This document shows positions 1 to 9,457 of a stretch of DNA of 64,000 bases, piece after piece. The notes beneath the pieces were generated by a model. That model was given only the letters and a program-made list of their open reading frames with translations, did not search any database and had not been told where the DNA came from. The stretch spans positions 4,401-68,400 of the forward strand of contig RDNZ01000008.1 of assembly GCA_011364905.1 (NCBI GenBank). Reading direction: 5' to 3'. The position numbers were made by a program, and so were the translations under genes. Source of the stretch: Candidatus Thorarchaeota archaeon. Its GTDB lineage: Archaea > Asgardarchaeota > Thorarchaeia > Thorarchaeales > Thorarchaeaceae. Position 1 is the stretch's first letter, and each line of letters starts with the position of its first letter.

Positions 1-1
1 G

Positions 2-436
2 GCCTTCACCAATGGCCAATACACAGCAATTGATTTGGAACCAACACCTGCGAAAGGTCGTTCCGGTGCTGGTTTGGTCCTTCGAATCTGGGATGAGCGG
101 GATCAAGCATGGAAAAAGACATCTCAATTAAGTTATGGTGACAGGACCGCTATTAGCCTCGCACTTAGGTTGGGAATCAGCCGCACGATGAGCAGTATTC
201 GTCCACTCAAAGACAGTCCTGTGGTGACACCTCGGGTCCGTTCTGTACTTCTCGATGAGCCCCTCGGAGGACTGGACCGGAGCAGACGTGAGGCTGTTGT
301 AAGGAACCTCATTAATGACCAAAGTTTTGAACAGATTCTCCTCATAACCCACACCGATGTCCAAGGTTGGGAGGGAGTTCCTGTCATCGATGTTTCAAAA
401 ACTGGGACATCCAGCAATGCAGTCCTCGAAATGTGA
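2..436 (+). CDS. SMC/Rad50-family ABC ATPase, C-terminal fragment (N-terminus lies left of the window)
   Basis: Frame is open from the window edge. Degenerate signature motif QLSYGDRTAISLALRL, Walker B/D-loop VLLDEPLGGLD, H-loop ILLITHTD. Confidence 0.6.
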   Translation, partial: AFTNGQYTAIDLEPTPAKGRSGAGLVLRIWDERDQAWKKTSQLSYGDRTAISLALRLGISRTMSSIRPLKDSPVVTPRVRSVLLDEPLGGLDRSRREAVVRNLINDQSFEQILLITHTDVQGWEGVPVIDVSKTGTSSNAVLEM

Positions 437-490
437 ACGACGCACAGCGTTGGAACATATATTAATCAGTGAATAACCTTCGATGTCATT

Positions 491-2797
491 ATGTGTCCCC
501 TCGAGAATAGCCGCAAGCGTTTTCGACTCTTTGAGCGTAAAGTCGACAGATGGCTTCTTCGAGTGGGTCAAAAGGTTGCTAGATCACTAATAGAGAATCG
601 ATTGCTCATTTGTGTACTCTTGATTGGATTCATTGTCTGGGCAATCGTCTTCAACACCGCAGTCATTGACTATACGAACTCCAGTGCTTGGACTTCTCGA
701 ACGGCTTGGCTAGGCCCATTTCCTGGACCTGGCACGGTTCAGGTATTTGGATATACAATCCCGTATCAAATTGAAGGATACAGTGACTATTCTTTCTACT
801 ATGTTCACTGGGGATACAACTCTCTCTATGGAGTCATGCCCTATTCTCCCGATTACGGCGTATTGACGCTGGATGGTATAACAAATAAGAATGGGGCTTT
901 CCTGTTTCCTCCTTTCACCTCCTACTTTTACGCCGCAGGAATTGCTCTTGGTAATTTAATGGGCTGGGAGAACTGGGGGATTGGTCTCCTGATTGCGGCC
1001 CTTGGATATTTGACGGCTCTACCTGTCTATGGGATTGCCAAGGAGTTGTCATCTAACAGACGTGTAGGAGAAGCGGCAGCCTTGACATACTTGCTAAATC
1101 CTTTGATGCTTTACCATACTGATTTTCTGTGGTTTAATCCAGCTCCATTCGTCTTCTTTTTCTTCGCTGGATTTTATATGCTGGTTCGTGGACATCGGCT
1201 TTCAGGAACCCTACTCATAGTGTCTGCGGCGTTGTTCAAACAGACTGCTTGGTTTCTAGGGATTCCTCTTGTTGTGTATCTCTTGGTTAAACCACGGGTG
1301 AGGAGGACCGCAAATGATGATGAAACAGAGTCGAGTACAAAGGGTATCGATGAAGACAAGAAAGAGCGCAGTTTTGGCGAGAAGATCACCTATTTCCTAC
1401 AGCCTTTCGCCGATTATTTTGATTTCAGGAATTTCTTGATCAGCGTTGTTGTAGTACTCATCTTTGTGGGGGCAGTCATGCTTCCATACTTAATTGCTCA
1501 GCCGGGTTTCTGGAACTACTGGCGACTCGCACTAGGTTCATTCTCTTTTGAAGGCAATTACACCGACCCGCCACCTTACAATGTCCCGATGAGAATACAG
1601 GTTTTGGCCATTATTGCAGGAAAACCTGAGCTTGCAAAACTGCTTGATACAATCATTGTTTCTGGTGGTCCGCTTGGATTCGGAGTTGTACTGTGTGCTG
1701 GAATGATGGTGCTCAAGGACAAGTTTATTGGAGAAGAGAAGTTGTACTTCCGTCGCATTCTGTTTATGACTCTCCTCCTGCTCTTGATTGTCACGATATT
1801 GGGTCCAAGAGGAGTTTTCAAGTACTACTTCGTTATGCTAATGCCATTCTTCTCCATATTCTCTTCAGCAAGAATGATTAGAGGAACAGAAGAACACATA
1901 CCCTTCTCAGCATCGATGGTGTGGTTACCAATCACCTTTACGCTTTTGATATTAATTCCTGATCGAAATATCTACTTGGCTTACGTTCTTCTCATCTTCT
2001 TTGGGTATCTTCTAGCTCCACTTTTTGACAGACTATACCATATCGCTAAGTCCCCGTTCAGATACATCCGGAAACAGACTCGGAAGATGAGTAACATCGT
2101 CTGGACTCCCTTAACAGCTGAGGAAGACCTTACTCACTTTTCCAGAAGGCGGTCGCTTGCAAACATCGGCGTTCAAGTATTTACTCTTGGACTTGGATTA
2201 AGTCTCATCTTGTTTGGATGGTGGAGTGTACAAATGGCAATTGCTGTAGACATTGTCACTGGCCTCGAAGTGATTCTCTTTTTCAGCGCAGCTTTTGTAA
2301 TGGGATTCCAACTTTTATCAATCGCCTTGAGTTTTGGTTTAGAGAGTGAACTAAGGCTGACTTACTTGAATAGTAGGCTACATGAATTCTCCTTACTTGC
2401 AGCAGTAATACTCTGGGTTTACAACATTCTTACGTACTTTCAAAGTTGGCCAATCGATATAGCTCCTGAAAGGCAGTTGCTTGTTCTGTCAAGTGTCTTT
2501 GTTTCAATCTGGACAGCATCCCTATTAGTGGATCAGAGTAACAAAACCAGGATACTAACTGATGGTATGCTGCTTGGCGGATTAGGGGTAAGCCTATTTA
2601 TTTGGCATGCTTTGAGTAACCCCAACATCTTCTTCCTTGGAGGCATAGGATTCATTGCTATTGTGGTCCATCTTCTATTTGTCCTAGTCCATTATTCTGA
2701 TAGGAACATCGTGGATCAGTTGAGAGAAGAGCGGGCTACACAGCTTGCAGACGCAAGTTCAGATTTCAGTCAAAAAGGCGGAATGGCTAGTGAGTGA
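491..2797 (+). CDS. Polytopic membrane protein, GT-C-fold glycosyltransferase-like (DUF2029/PIG-M-like mannosyltransferase pattern)
   Basis: ATG start, 768 aa, many hydrophobic helices. First-loop motif EGYSDYSFYYVHWGYNSLYGVMPYS followed by FLFPPF resembles the D..Y...G..PY / YPP signature of GT87/DUF2029-type GT-C enzymes. Clear paralog of the next gene (LNPLMLYH..NPAPFVFFFF..RLSGTLL..AALFKQTAWFLGIPL; KYYFVMLMPFFSIF). Confidence 0.55.
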   Translation: MCPLENSRKRFRLFERKVDRWLLRVGQKVARSLIENRLLICVLLIGFIVWAIVFNTAVIDYTNSSAWTSRTAWLGPFPGPGTVQVFGYTIPYQIEGYSDYSFYYVHWGYNSLYGVMPYSPDYGVLTLDGITNKNGAFLFPPFTSYFYAAGIALGNLMGWENWGIGLLIAALGYLTALPVYGIAKELSSNRRVGEAAALTYLLNPLMLYHTDFLWFNPAPFVFFFFAGFYMLVRGHRLSGTLLIVSAALFKQTAWFLGIPLVVYLLVKPRVRRTANDDETESSTKGIDEDKKERSFGEKITYFLQPFADYFDFRNFLISVVVVLIFVGAVMLPYLIAQPGFWNYWRLALGSFSFEGNYTDPPPYNVPMRIQVLAIIAGKPELAKLLDTIIVSGGPLGFGVVLCAGMMVLKDKFIGEEKLYFRRILFMTLLLLLIVTILGPRGVFKYYFVMLMPFFSIFSSARMIRGTEEHIPFSASMVWLPITFTLLILIPDRNIYLAYVLLIFFGYLLAPLFDRLYHIAKSPFRYIRKQTRKMSNIVWTPLTAEEDLTHFSRRRSLANIGVQVFTLGLGLSLILFGWWSVQMAIAVDIVTGLEVILFFSAAFVMGFQLLSIALSFGLESELRLTYLNSRLHEFSLLAAVILWVYNILTYFQSWPIDIAPERQLLVLSSVFVSIWTASLLVDQSNKTRILTDGMLLGGLGVSLFIWHALSNPNIFFLGGIGFIAIVVHLLFVLVHYSDRNIVDQLREERATQLADASSDFSQKGGMASE

Positions 2798-4256
2798 GAC
2801 GCGCAGTGATTTTTCCTCCCGGTTGAAGGGTTTTCTCCGCTCAAACACAGTGCTAGTTGCGATTGTGTCAGTTGCTGCAGCTGTTTGGATCGTGGTGTTT
2901 TGTCAAGCTGTGTCTGACTACATCTTGATGCAGACATGGACTGGCACGGGGCAGTTCAACCTCTTTGGCTTTACAGTTCATGTGCAGTTTGAAGGTTGGG
3001 CTGACTATACATACTACTATCGGACTTGGGGGAATCAGTTTCTCAGCGGATACACACCATACACAAACCTCTTCGATTATCCGACACCTGATCATTATTC
3101 CCCTTACTTTTTCCCTCCACTTTACGTGTATTTATGCGCCTTGGGAAACCTTCTCCCGTTTGGCCCCTTTGGAATCGCAGTTCTACTCTGTCTTTTTGGC
3201 TTTGCCACTGCATTCCCGATTTATGGGATTGCCAACTATTTGTCGCAAAATAAGCATGTGGGGGAAATTGCTACTGCGACATACCTCTTGAATCCATTGA
3301 TCCTATTTCACGTGACTTATGACTGGTTGAATCCTGCGCCTTTCGTGTTCTTTATGATGTTGTCCTTCTATCTCATCATGAAACAACGACGTCTATCCGG
3401 AACTCTGGCCATGGTAACTGCAGCTCTTTTCAAACAGACTGCTTTCTTCCTAGCGCTCCCATTGATTGCTTATCTCATCAGAGTGCCTCCCTCGAAGGAA
3501 ATACCCAATTTAGAAGACGCAGAAACCAAGGATGCTGATGAAATGGTTCCAGCAGACCAACTTGATGTTCGAGGTTTTCTCAAGTTGTCGATGATTGTCA
3601 TCGTGTTTGTTGTCGCCCTCTCTATTCCATATATTCTGGATTTTGGAAACTATGCATTTCACATCTTTCTCAAACCCGGATCAGTTTTCTTGAAGGATGT
3701 CACGACTCTTCCCCCTTCAAATTCACCAATTACTTTCGCAGTGTTCTTGATGGTCCTTGGCGCACCAAAGGTATTGATTCAGCTCGTGAACATAGCGACA
3801 TCATACTCCCTACTCCTGCTCATTGGGGTTGTCTTTCTATTTATACCGATGCTTCTTGAAGCGAAAGATGACCGAAATCTTCCAAGCTATTGGCGCAGGA
3901 TGCTTTTTCTCACACTATTGCTGATGTTAACAGTCCATATCTTCTCGCCCCGAGGAATCTACAAGTACTACCTTGTTGCCCTCATACCTTTCTTCTCGAT
4001 TTTATCCTGCGAAAGAATGGTCTCTCGTGGTGTAGGGGAAATTTCTGCGTCACTCTCAATGATCATCAATCCACTTCTAATCACTTTGATAATTCTCATG
4101 CCCAGTCGTCTTGTATACGTTGGCCTCCTTCTCATGGTGCTGGCTGCCTACGTCGCTCACGAGCCGTTTGGTTTAATCTACAGCCTCATCGAGGAGCCGC
4201 TTTCTCATCTACGAATGCGAATCAAATCTGGAAGGTTTTCAAAAGGCCCCCTGTAA
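2745..4256 (+). CDS. Polytopic membrane protein, GT-C-fold glycosyltransferase-like, shorter paralog of 491..2797
   Basis: 503 aa. Shares EGWADYTYYYRTWGNQFLSGYTPY, YFFPPLY, LNPLILFH..NPAPFVFFMM..RLSGTLA..AALFKQTAFFLALPL and YKYYLVALIPFFSIL with the upstream gene. The ATG at 2745 overlaps the upstream stop by 53 nt; an in-frame GTG at 2790 is an alternative start. Confidence 0.55.
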   Translation: MQTQVQISVKKAEWLVSETRSDFSSRLKGFLRSNTVLVAIVSVAAAVWIVVFCQAVSDYILMQTWTGTGQFNLFGFTVHVQFEGWADYTYYYRTWGNQFLSGYTPYTNLFDYPTPDHYSPYFFPPLYVYLCALGNLLPFGPFGIAVLLCLFGFATAFPIYGIANYLSQNKHVGEIATATYLLNPLILFHVTYDWLNPAPFVFFMMLSFYLIMKQRRLSGTLAMVTAALFKQTAFFLALPLIAYLIRVPPSKEIPNLEDAETKDADEMVPADQLDVRGFLKLSMIVIVFVVALSIPYILDFGNYAFHIFLKPGSVFLKDVTTLPPSNSPITFAVFLMVLGAPKVLIQLVNIATSYSLLLLIGVVFLFIPMLLEAKDDRNLPSYWRRMLFLTLLLMLTVHIFSPRGIYKYYLVALIPFFSILSCERMVSRGVGEISASLSMIINPLLITLIILMPSRLVYVGLLLMVLAAYVAHEPFGLIYSLIEEPLSHLRMRIKSGRFSKGPL

Positions 4257-4261
4257 TAGCT

Positions 4262-5452
4262 TCATGATTGCTCTACCAGGGACTCTAGTTCTTTCTCCTT
4301 ACCATCAATTCTCGCTTTGAGAGTTTCAATCTGGTCTTCTAGCTTTGCTACTTGTTCGTTGTATGTTTCATCAGGCATTGCTCCCGATGTGTGTCTTTGT
4401 TCAATATGCCTGCGTAATTCCTCAACAGATTTCATTTCCTTCTTGAGGGCTTTCAGGTCTCCTTGTAAGGAAGATGTCCTGCTTTCATCTGCTGTCTTAA
4501 ACTGTTTAGCCGGTATCATTACACCCAGTTGTTGTTGTGTCTTTTCAGCGAAATCTTGGAATTGGTTACGCAGCATCTCGATGTTATTGTCGACATTAGT
4601 GACCTCTTCCTGCACCTTTGCAATGTCCTTCTGCAGATCAAATACGGCATTGACGAGGCGTTTCAAAGTCTTCTCAAATTCCGCTTCTACCATTGATTCT
4701 TCTGCAGGTTTTTCTACTTCTTTTCCTTTCCTCTCAGCTTTCTCCTGCTCCTTGACGATTGCACTGGGCTTAGCCATCAGGAGTTCTCCCGTTAGCCATT
4801 TGAAAGAACTCAGAGCGAATCTTGCATTACCCTTATGCTTTAGACCGCCTCCCCTTCTAAAGACCTCATAGCTGCCGATACACATGACTTTGCCTTTACC
4901 AATCTCTGCAATGGCCACAATTGGGGCTTTTCCTGGTTCTGCTGTGGCCGACGTAGTAGCCAGTGCTTGAGCTTTCCCCGAAATCTTAAGACTACACGCG
5001 GACGGAATAAGGAGGTCTGCGACATCCTCTGTTGCAGGATGAGCAACAACATCCGTGATGATCGGCATAGTTGGGAGTCCTGCATTGCTTCGTTCGTCCT
5101 TCACAGCTGTATTCTCGAATGTTATCCCAAATTCGCCAGATATTTTCGACATATTATTCATGAGTCCGCGGTCCCCTCCAGAGAGAGAGAGGAGCAACAA
5201 ACTACCGCCTTCTTGCACATATTTCTGAAGAACATCAATCTCTGCTGGTCTTACCTTTGAACTGTTGGGGCAACCAAAAACAAGAACATCTACATCTTTG
5301 AGATTCTTGGCTAGAATCATGAACTCGGTATATGCTTCCACATCGAAATCATTGTCACGAAGCATTTGTCCGAGTTCAGAGTATGTACTCTCTAGTCTAC
5401 CACGTTCATTCTGGGTCTGGTCAAAGAGGATTTTCTTTCTCCTTCCGCTCAA
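4262..5452 (-). CDS. Cytosolic GIFT-domain protein (IFT52 / GldG-like N-terminal domain) with long C-terminal coiled coil
   Basis: N-terminal ~230 aa line up with my recollection of the IFT52 GIFT domain: KKILFDQTQNE; VLVFGCPNSSKVRPAEIDVLQKYVQEGGSLLLLSLSGGD; ISGEFGITFENTAVKDE; PIVAIAEIGKGKVMCIGSYEVF; ARFALSSFKWLTG. No signal peptide or TM helix. Residues ~235-396 are heptad-like and E/K/Q-rich. Confidence 0.55.
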   Translation of the reverse strand: MSGRRKKILFDQTQNERGRLESTYSELGQMLRDNDFDVEAYTEFMILAKNLKDVDVLVFGCPNSSKVRPAEIDVLQKYVQEGGSLLLLSLSGGDRGLMNNMSKISGEFGITFENTAVKDERSNAGLPTMPIITDVVAHPATEDVADLLIPSACSLKISGKAQALATTSATAEPGKAPIVAIAEIGKGKVMCIGSYEVFRRGGGLKHKGNARFALSSFKWLTGELLMAKPSAIVKEQEKAERKGKEVEKPAEESMVEAEFEKTLKRLVNAVFDLQKDIAKVQEEVTNVDNNIEMLRNQFQDFAEKTQQQLGVMIPAKQFKTADESRTSSLQGDLKALKKEMKSVEELRRHIEQRHTSGAMPDETYNEQVAKLEDQIETLKARIDGKEKELESLVEQS

Positions 5453-5570
5453 CTGAATACACCCATATCAACCGTTTCTCGTCAATTCAGGAAAGAAGCG
5501 TTAATAGTACTTCCGTAGATGAGCTCATTCATTCGAATGTTTTATCTCAGTGTAGTGTAACAAAGACAGT

Positions 5571-5999
5571 ATGAGCGAGGAGAACTGCATCTTCTGCAAA
5601 ATAATCCGTGGTGAGATACCAGCCTCAGTTGTCTTTGAAGATGACCATTGTCTTGCATTTATGGATGTGTTTCCCATTTCTGAGGGGCACTGTCTCTTGA
5701 TTCCAAAGAAGCATTTCGTAAACATGTTTGATGTAGATCCTGAGGTAGTCGCGCATCTAGCCAAGAGACTTTCAGATTTGTCAAAAAGAGTGCAAAAGGC
5801 TACAGGTGCACAAGGAGTTCTCAATATTGTAGCCAACGGTGAAGGCGCTGGTCAGGATGTTTTCCATCTTCATCTCCATGCAATTCCACGCAACAAGAAT
5901 TCACCCTTCGGATTCAGATTTCCCCCTAATTATCGGGACTCTATGGCTCCGAGAGAAGTCTTGGACCAAATTGCTGACAAGATTCGTAACGCGGTCTAA
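5571..5999 (+). CDS. HIT-family (histidine triad) nucleotide hydrolase
   Basis: CIFCKIIRGEIPA N-terminus, GHCLLIPKKH, and the histidine triad HLHLHAIPR. Confidence 0.85.
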   Translation: MSEENCIFCKIIRGEIPASVVFEDDHCLAFMDVFPISEGHCLLIPKKHFVNMFDVDPEVVAHLAKRLSDLSKRVQKATGAQGVLNIVANGEGAGQDVFHLHLHAIPRNKNSPFGFRFPPNYRDSMAPREVLDQIADKIRNAV

Positions 6000-6430
6000 T
6001 CAATTTGGAGCAGATTCAAGCCGGTAACATCATCACGGGCCCTTATCAGTTCAATCTTGGTTTCAATAATGACAAGCTCGATAGTGACGGAAACTTCGCA
6101 TCCCGCCATCAGATGTCCACCCCAACATTTGCCATTTTCGTCAGCCACGACCATGTGAGCATGAATAACCAAGTCCCCTTCATGCGTGGAGATGTCACCA
6201 ATGCATGAAACCACTTCGACATCCTGGTTAACTGTGAAATCTTTGTAAGTTGACGATTCCCTATGGAAATAGCCGAGTTTTGCCTTTGAAACAGCTCCTA
6301 TCAAGCTCAACTGGCCCGACCTGACACCATTCTCTCTGGCAACAGTTTCGATAGATGTCAAAATGTCTTCTCCAGGTTCCATCCGTGCGAAAATTACATT
6401 CTTGATTTCAGTCTGAATTGAGCGCACCAT
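5996..6430 (-). CDS. PPC (DUF296) domain protein
   Basis: FARMEPGEDILTSIETVARENGVRSGQLSLIGAVSKAKLGYF...GDISTHEGDLVIHAHMVVADENGKCWGGHLMAGCEVSVTIELVIIE matches the PPC/DUF296 pattern. Start trimmed to the ATG at 6430 (MVRSIQ) because the longer ORF to 6622 would overlap the polB start. Confidence 0.6.
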   Translation of the reverse strand: MVRSIQTEIKNVIFARMEPGEDILTSIETVARENGVRSGQLSLIGAVSKAKLGYFHRESSTYKDFTVNQDVEVVSCIGDISTHEGDLVIHAHMVVADENGKCWGGHLMAGCEVSVTIELVIIETKIELIRARDDVTGLNLLQID

Positions 6431-6522
6431 GACTTCTTTGAACGCTATACTCTCTAATGAAGGACTCGCATGATAGGAAGTGCTTATCAGTGATACGCAG
6501 TCCACATAGACAGTGAAAGGTA

Positions 6523-9348
6523 TTGACCAAGGATGAACAACCAGCAGATGAGAGTCAGTCTTCTCTAGAGGACTTCTTCTCTGAATCAGAAGAAGCGGTA
6601 GAGGCCATAGAAGACCCGCCATCTGAGGTCAGTACCAAGTCATCAGACAAGCAGAACAAATCCCAGAAAAAACATGGGAATCCCGGGGATGACTCTGGTG
6701 AAGGTGATGAAGATGAGGAAGACTCCTCATTGGATGTTTCAATTGCGGACAGTGGAACTCCTACAAACTTGTCACCATCTTTTCTTTTATCCATCGACTA
6801 TTCTGGTCCACACAACAAGGCAATGGCTCGACTCTACAATCCCAACGACAAGAAAGTCTACTTCTGGTTTGACAACACAGGCCATAAGCCATACTGCTAT
6901 ACTGACTGGCCAAAACAAGTTGTTGAATCCAGCGTCAAAAGAAAGAAGGGATTTCTTCGTGCAGAAACGGTTGAGTTACACGATTTACTGAAAGACCAAC
7001 CAGTTAAGATGACAAAAGTCATTGGTGATAATCCCTTGGCTATTGGAGGCAGCTCAGACTCCATTAGAGAAGTATTGGTTGAAAAAATCAGTGATCCACT
7101 TGACCCTAATAGGAAGATAAAATCGAGTCATGCTTGGGAGGCAGCAATCCGCTATCAATTGTGCTATACCTATGATCGGAAACTTGTTCCTGGCTTGATG
7201 TACAAGATAGAAAATGGCAATCTTAATCCTTGTCCGCCAAATGTGGATGCTAAGACGCTTAAGGAGTTCAAAAAAACTATACAAGATGAAGAGAGTCTCG
7301 AATCAATCATCACAGAGTACTCACCAATGTTCTTTACGGAAGTTCCAGATATTAAACGGCTCGCGGTGGATATCGAGGTGTATAGCCCGGTTGTGAACCG
7401 TATTCCCGATGCTCGTACCACAGATTATCCTGTGACTGCAATTGGACTTTCCGACAATGAAGGATTCAACAAATGCTTTGTATTGAAGAGGGAAGGTTAC
7501 TCTGAGGGCAAGAAGAGTAAGGAGTTTCCAAAGGAGCTAGAGATAGTATATTTCGAAGAAGAAGGTGAGATGCTCGGAGAGGCGTTCAAAATCATTGATG
7601 AATATCCGATTGTTCTCACTTTCGTAGGTGATACATTTGATCTGAAGTATCTCCATAACCGTGCAAAACGACTGAGACTCGACATGAACAATTGCCCGAT
7701 AAAATTGAGAGGAAATCAGGATCCGCGACGGGAAAGAGCTAGCTTGGACCATGGCATCCATGTTGATATGTACAAATTCTTCACGAATCCGTCCATCAAA
7801 ATCTATGCTCTCTCAGGAGCCTACCAACGAGAAAACCTAGATACAATAGCTCAGGGTATACTTGGTATTGGAAAATTAGAACTGAGTGACAACATCTCTG
7901 ACTTGTCATATTTCGAGCTTGCCCACTATTGCTGGCTGGATGCGAATCTTGTCATGAGGTTCACGCAGTTTGAAGACAATCTCCTGATGCGTTTGATTGT
8001 TCTATTGATGCGTATCTCTCGAATGTCTATGGGTGACGTGACCAGATTCTATATCTCCTCATGGATTCAATCTTTATTCCGGCAAGAACATCGCTCTCAT
8101 AACTATTTGATTCCCCGACGTGTTGATATAGACAGCATGAAGACAGCTAGTGCACAGATTGAGGCGACTATCGATGGCAAGGGTTTCAAGGGTGCTATCG
8201 TAATCGAACCCGTAGCTGGTGTTCACTTCAATGCCACAGTGCTTGACTTTGCTAGCCTGTATCCGACCATCATGAAGACGCACAACATCAGTTATGAAAC
8301 TGTAGACTGCCCTCATGAAGTGTGCAAGAATGGTACAGGGAATCAAGTTCCAGAAACCGAACACTGGACCTGCACGCTCAAGCGAGGAATGATCAGTCAA
8401 ACAATAGGGTTCTTCAGAGACACTCGCGTCAAGTGGTTTAAGCCCAAAGCAAAGGATAAAACATTGGATGAAAAAACCCGCAACTGGTATTCTGTTGTTG
8501 AGAAAGCTCTCAAGGTGTTTGTTAATGCATCATATGGTGTTACTGGTGCACAACACTTTGAACTGTTCTGTATGCCCGCTGCTGAGAGTGTAACCGCATA
8601 TGGTCGAGACGCGATTATCAGAACAAAGAAGAAAGCTGAATCCATGGGAATTCGAGTTCTTTATGGGGACACTGACTCCGTATTCCTTGACAATCCGAAT
8701 GAAGAACAACAGAAAGAACTAGTACGTTGGTCTCGGTCAGAACTAGGCATTGATCTTGAGGTTGAAAAGAGCTACAAGTATGTAGCACTATCGGACCGCA
8801 AAAAGAACTACATTGGTGTCTATAAAGATGGTACAGTCGAGGTCAAAGGGCTTAGTGGAAAGAAACGAAATACTCCAGACTTCGCTCAAGAAGCTTTTCG
8901 AAAGATGTTGGAAGTCCTTAGTAGAGTTGATGATGCTGAAGGTTTCGATGCTGCGAAGGAAGAGATTCGTGAGATTGTTAACCATGTTATTGATAGATTG
9001 GAAGGAGAATCAGAACCGTATAGCCCGGAAGACTTGGCTTTCAGAATTCAAATGACTAAACCCCTTCACTCCTATGATACTAACATCCCCCACATACGTG
9101 CTGCTAGAATGCTTGTAGAGAAAACACAAGATCCAACAAAAGCATTGCCTGGGACTATTGTATCATTTATCAAGACAAAGGGGCAGGAAACTGTCCTACC
9201 AGTTGAGCTTGCAAAAGAAGGAAGCTACTGGATTGATAAGGACGCGTACATTGATATTTTGAAGAGTGTGTTTGAACAGGTTCTTGATTCCGTTGGCCTT
9301 GACTTCGATGAATTTCTTGGTTTCACAACTCTGGACCAGTTCTTGTGA
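6523..9348 (+). CDS. polB: Family B DNA polymerase
   Basis: ExoI LAVDIEVYS, motif A DFASLYPTI, motif B KVFVNASYGVTG, motif C VLYGDTDSVFL. Conserved N-terminal beta-strand region LLSIDYSG...YFWFDNTGHKPYCY lies upstream of the first in-frame ATG, so a TTG start at 6523 (or another non-ATG start) is required. Confidence 0.9.
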   Translation: MTKDEQPADESQSSLEDFFSESEEAVEAIEDPPSEVSTKSSDKQNKSQKKHGNPGDDSGEGDEDEEDSSLDVSIADSGTPTNLSPSFLLSIDYSGPHNKAMARLYNPNDKKVYFWFDNTGHKPYCYTDWPKQVVESSVKRKKGFLRAETVELHDLLKDQPVKMTKVIGDNPLAIGGSSDSIREVLVEKISDPLDPNRKIKSSHAWEAAIRYQLCYTYDRKLVPGLMYKIENGNLNPCPPNVDAKTLKEFKKTIQDEESLESIITEYSPMFFTEVPDIKRLAVDIEVYSPVVNRIPDARTTDYPVTAIGLSDNEGFNKCFVLKREGYSEGKKSKEFPKELEIVYFEEEGEMLGEAFKIIDEYPIVLTFVGDTFDLKYLHNRAKRLRLDMNNCPIKLRGNQDPRRERASLDHGIHVDMYKFFTNPSIKIYALSGAYQRENLDTIAQGILGIGKLELSDNISDLSYFELAHYCWLDANLVMRFTQFEDNLLMRLIVLLMRISRMSMGDVTRFYISSWIQSLFRQEHRSHNYLIPRRVDIDSMKTASAQIEATIDGKGFKGAIVIEPVAGVHFNATVLDFASLYPTIMKTHNISYETVDCPHEVCKNGTGNQVPETEHWTCTLKRGMISQTIGFFRDTRVKWFKPKAKDKTLDEKTRNWYSVVEKALKVFVNASYGVTGAQHFELFCMPAAESVTAYGRDAIIRTKKKAESMGIRVLYGDTDSVFLDNPNEEQQKELVRWSRSELGIDLEVEKSYKYVALSDRKKNYIGVYKDGTVEVKGLSGKKRNTPDFAQEAFRKMLEVLSRVDDAEGFDAAKEEIREIVNHVIDRLEGESEPYSPEDLAFRIQMTKPLHSYDTNIPHIRAARMLVEKTQDPTKALPGTIVSFIKTKGQETVLPVELAKEGSYWIDKDAYIDILKSVFEQVLDSVGLDFDEFLGFTTLDQFL

Positions 9349-9457
9349 TAGAAGAATTGACAGAGGGTCTGAATAAGAAATTCTTATAGCGGTGACATGA
9401 TACACGCAAGAGGACTGAGAGCCATCCTTACACCGATTTCGACGGGGTACAAAGATA

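Noticed and set aside
5996-6622. Long version (208 aa) of the PPC-domain ORF.
   Set aside because: The first 64 codons have no family resemblance and would overlap the polB start region. The internal ATG at 6430 gives a normal-length PPC/DUF296 protein.
6523-9348. Possible intein in the family-B polymerase, common in archaeal polB.
   Set aside because: Length (941 aa including the acidic extension) is normal. Motifs A (DFASLYPTI), B (KVFVNASYG) and C (YGDTDS) are contiguous, with no insertion or intein block motifs.
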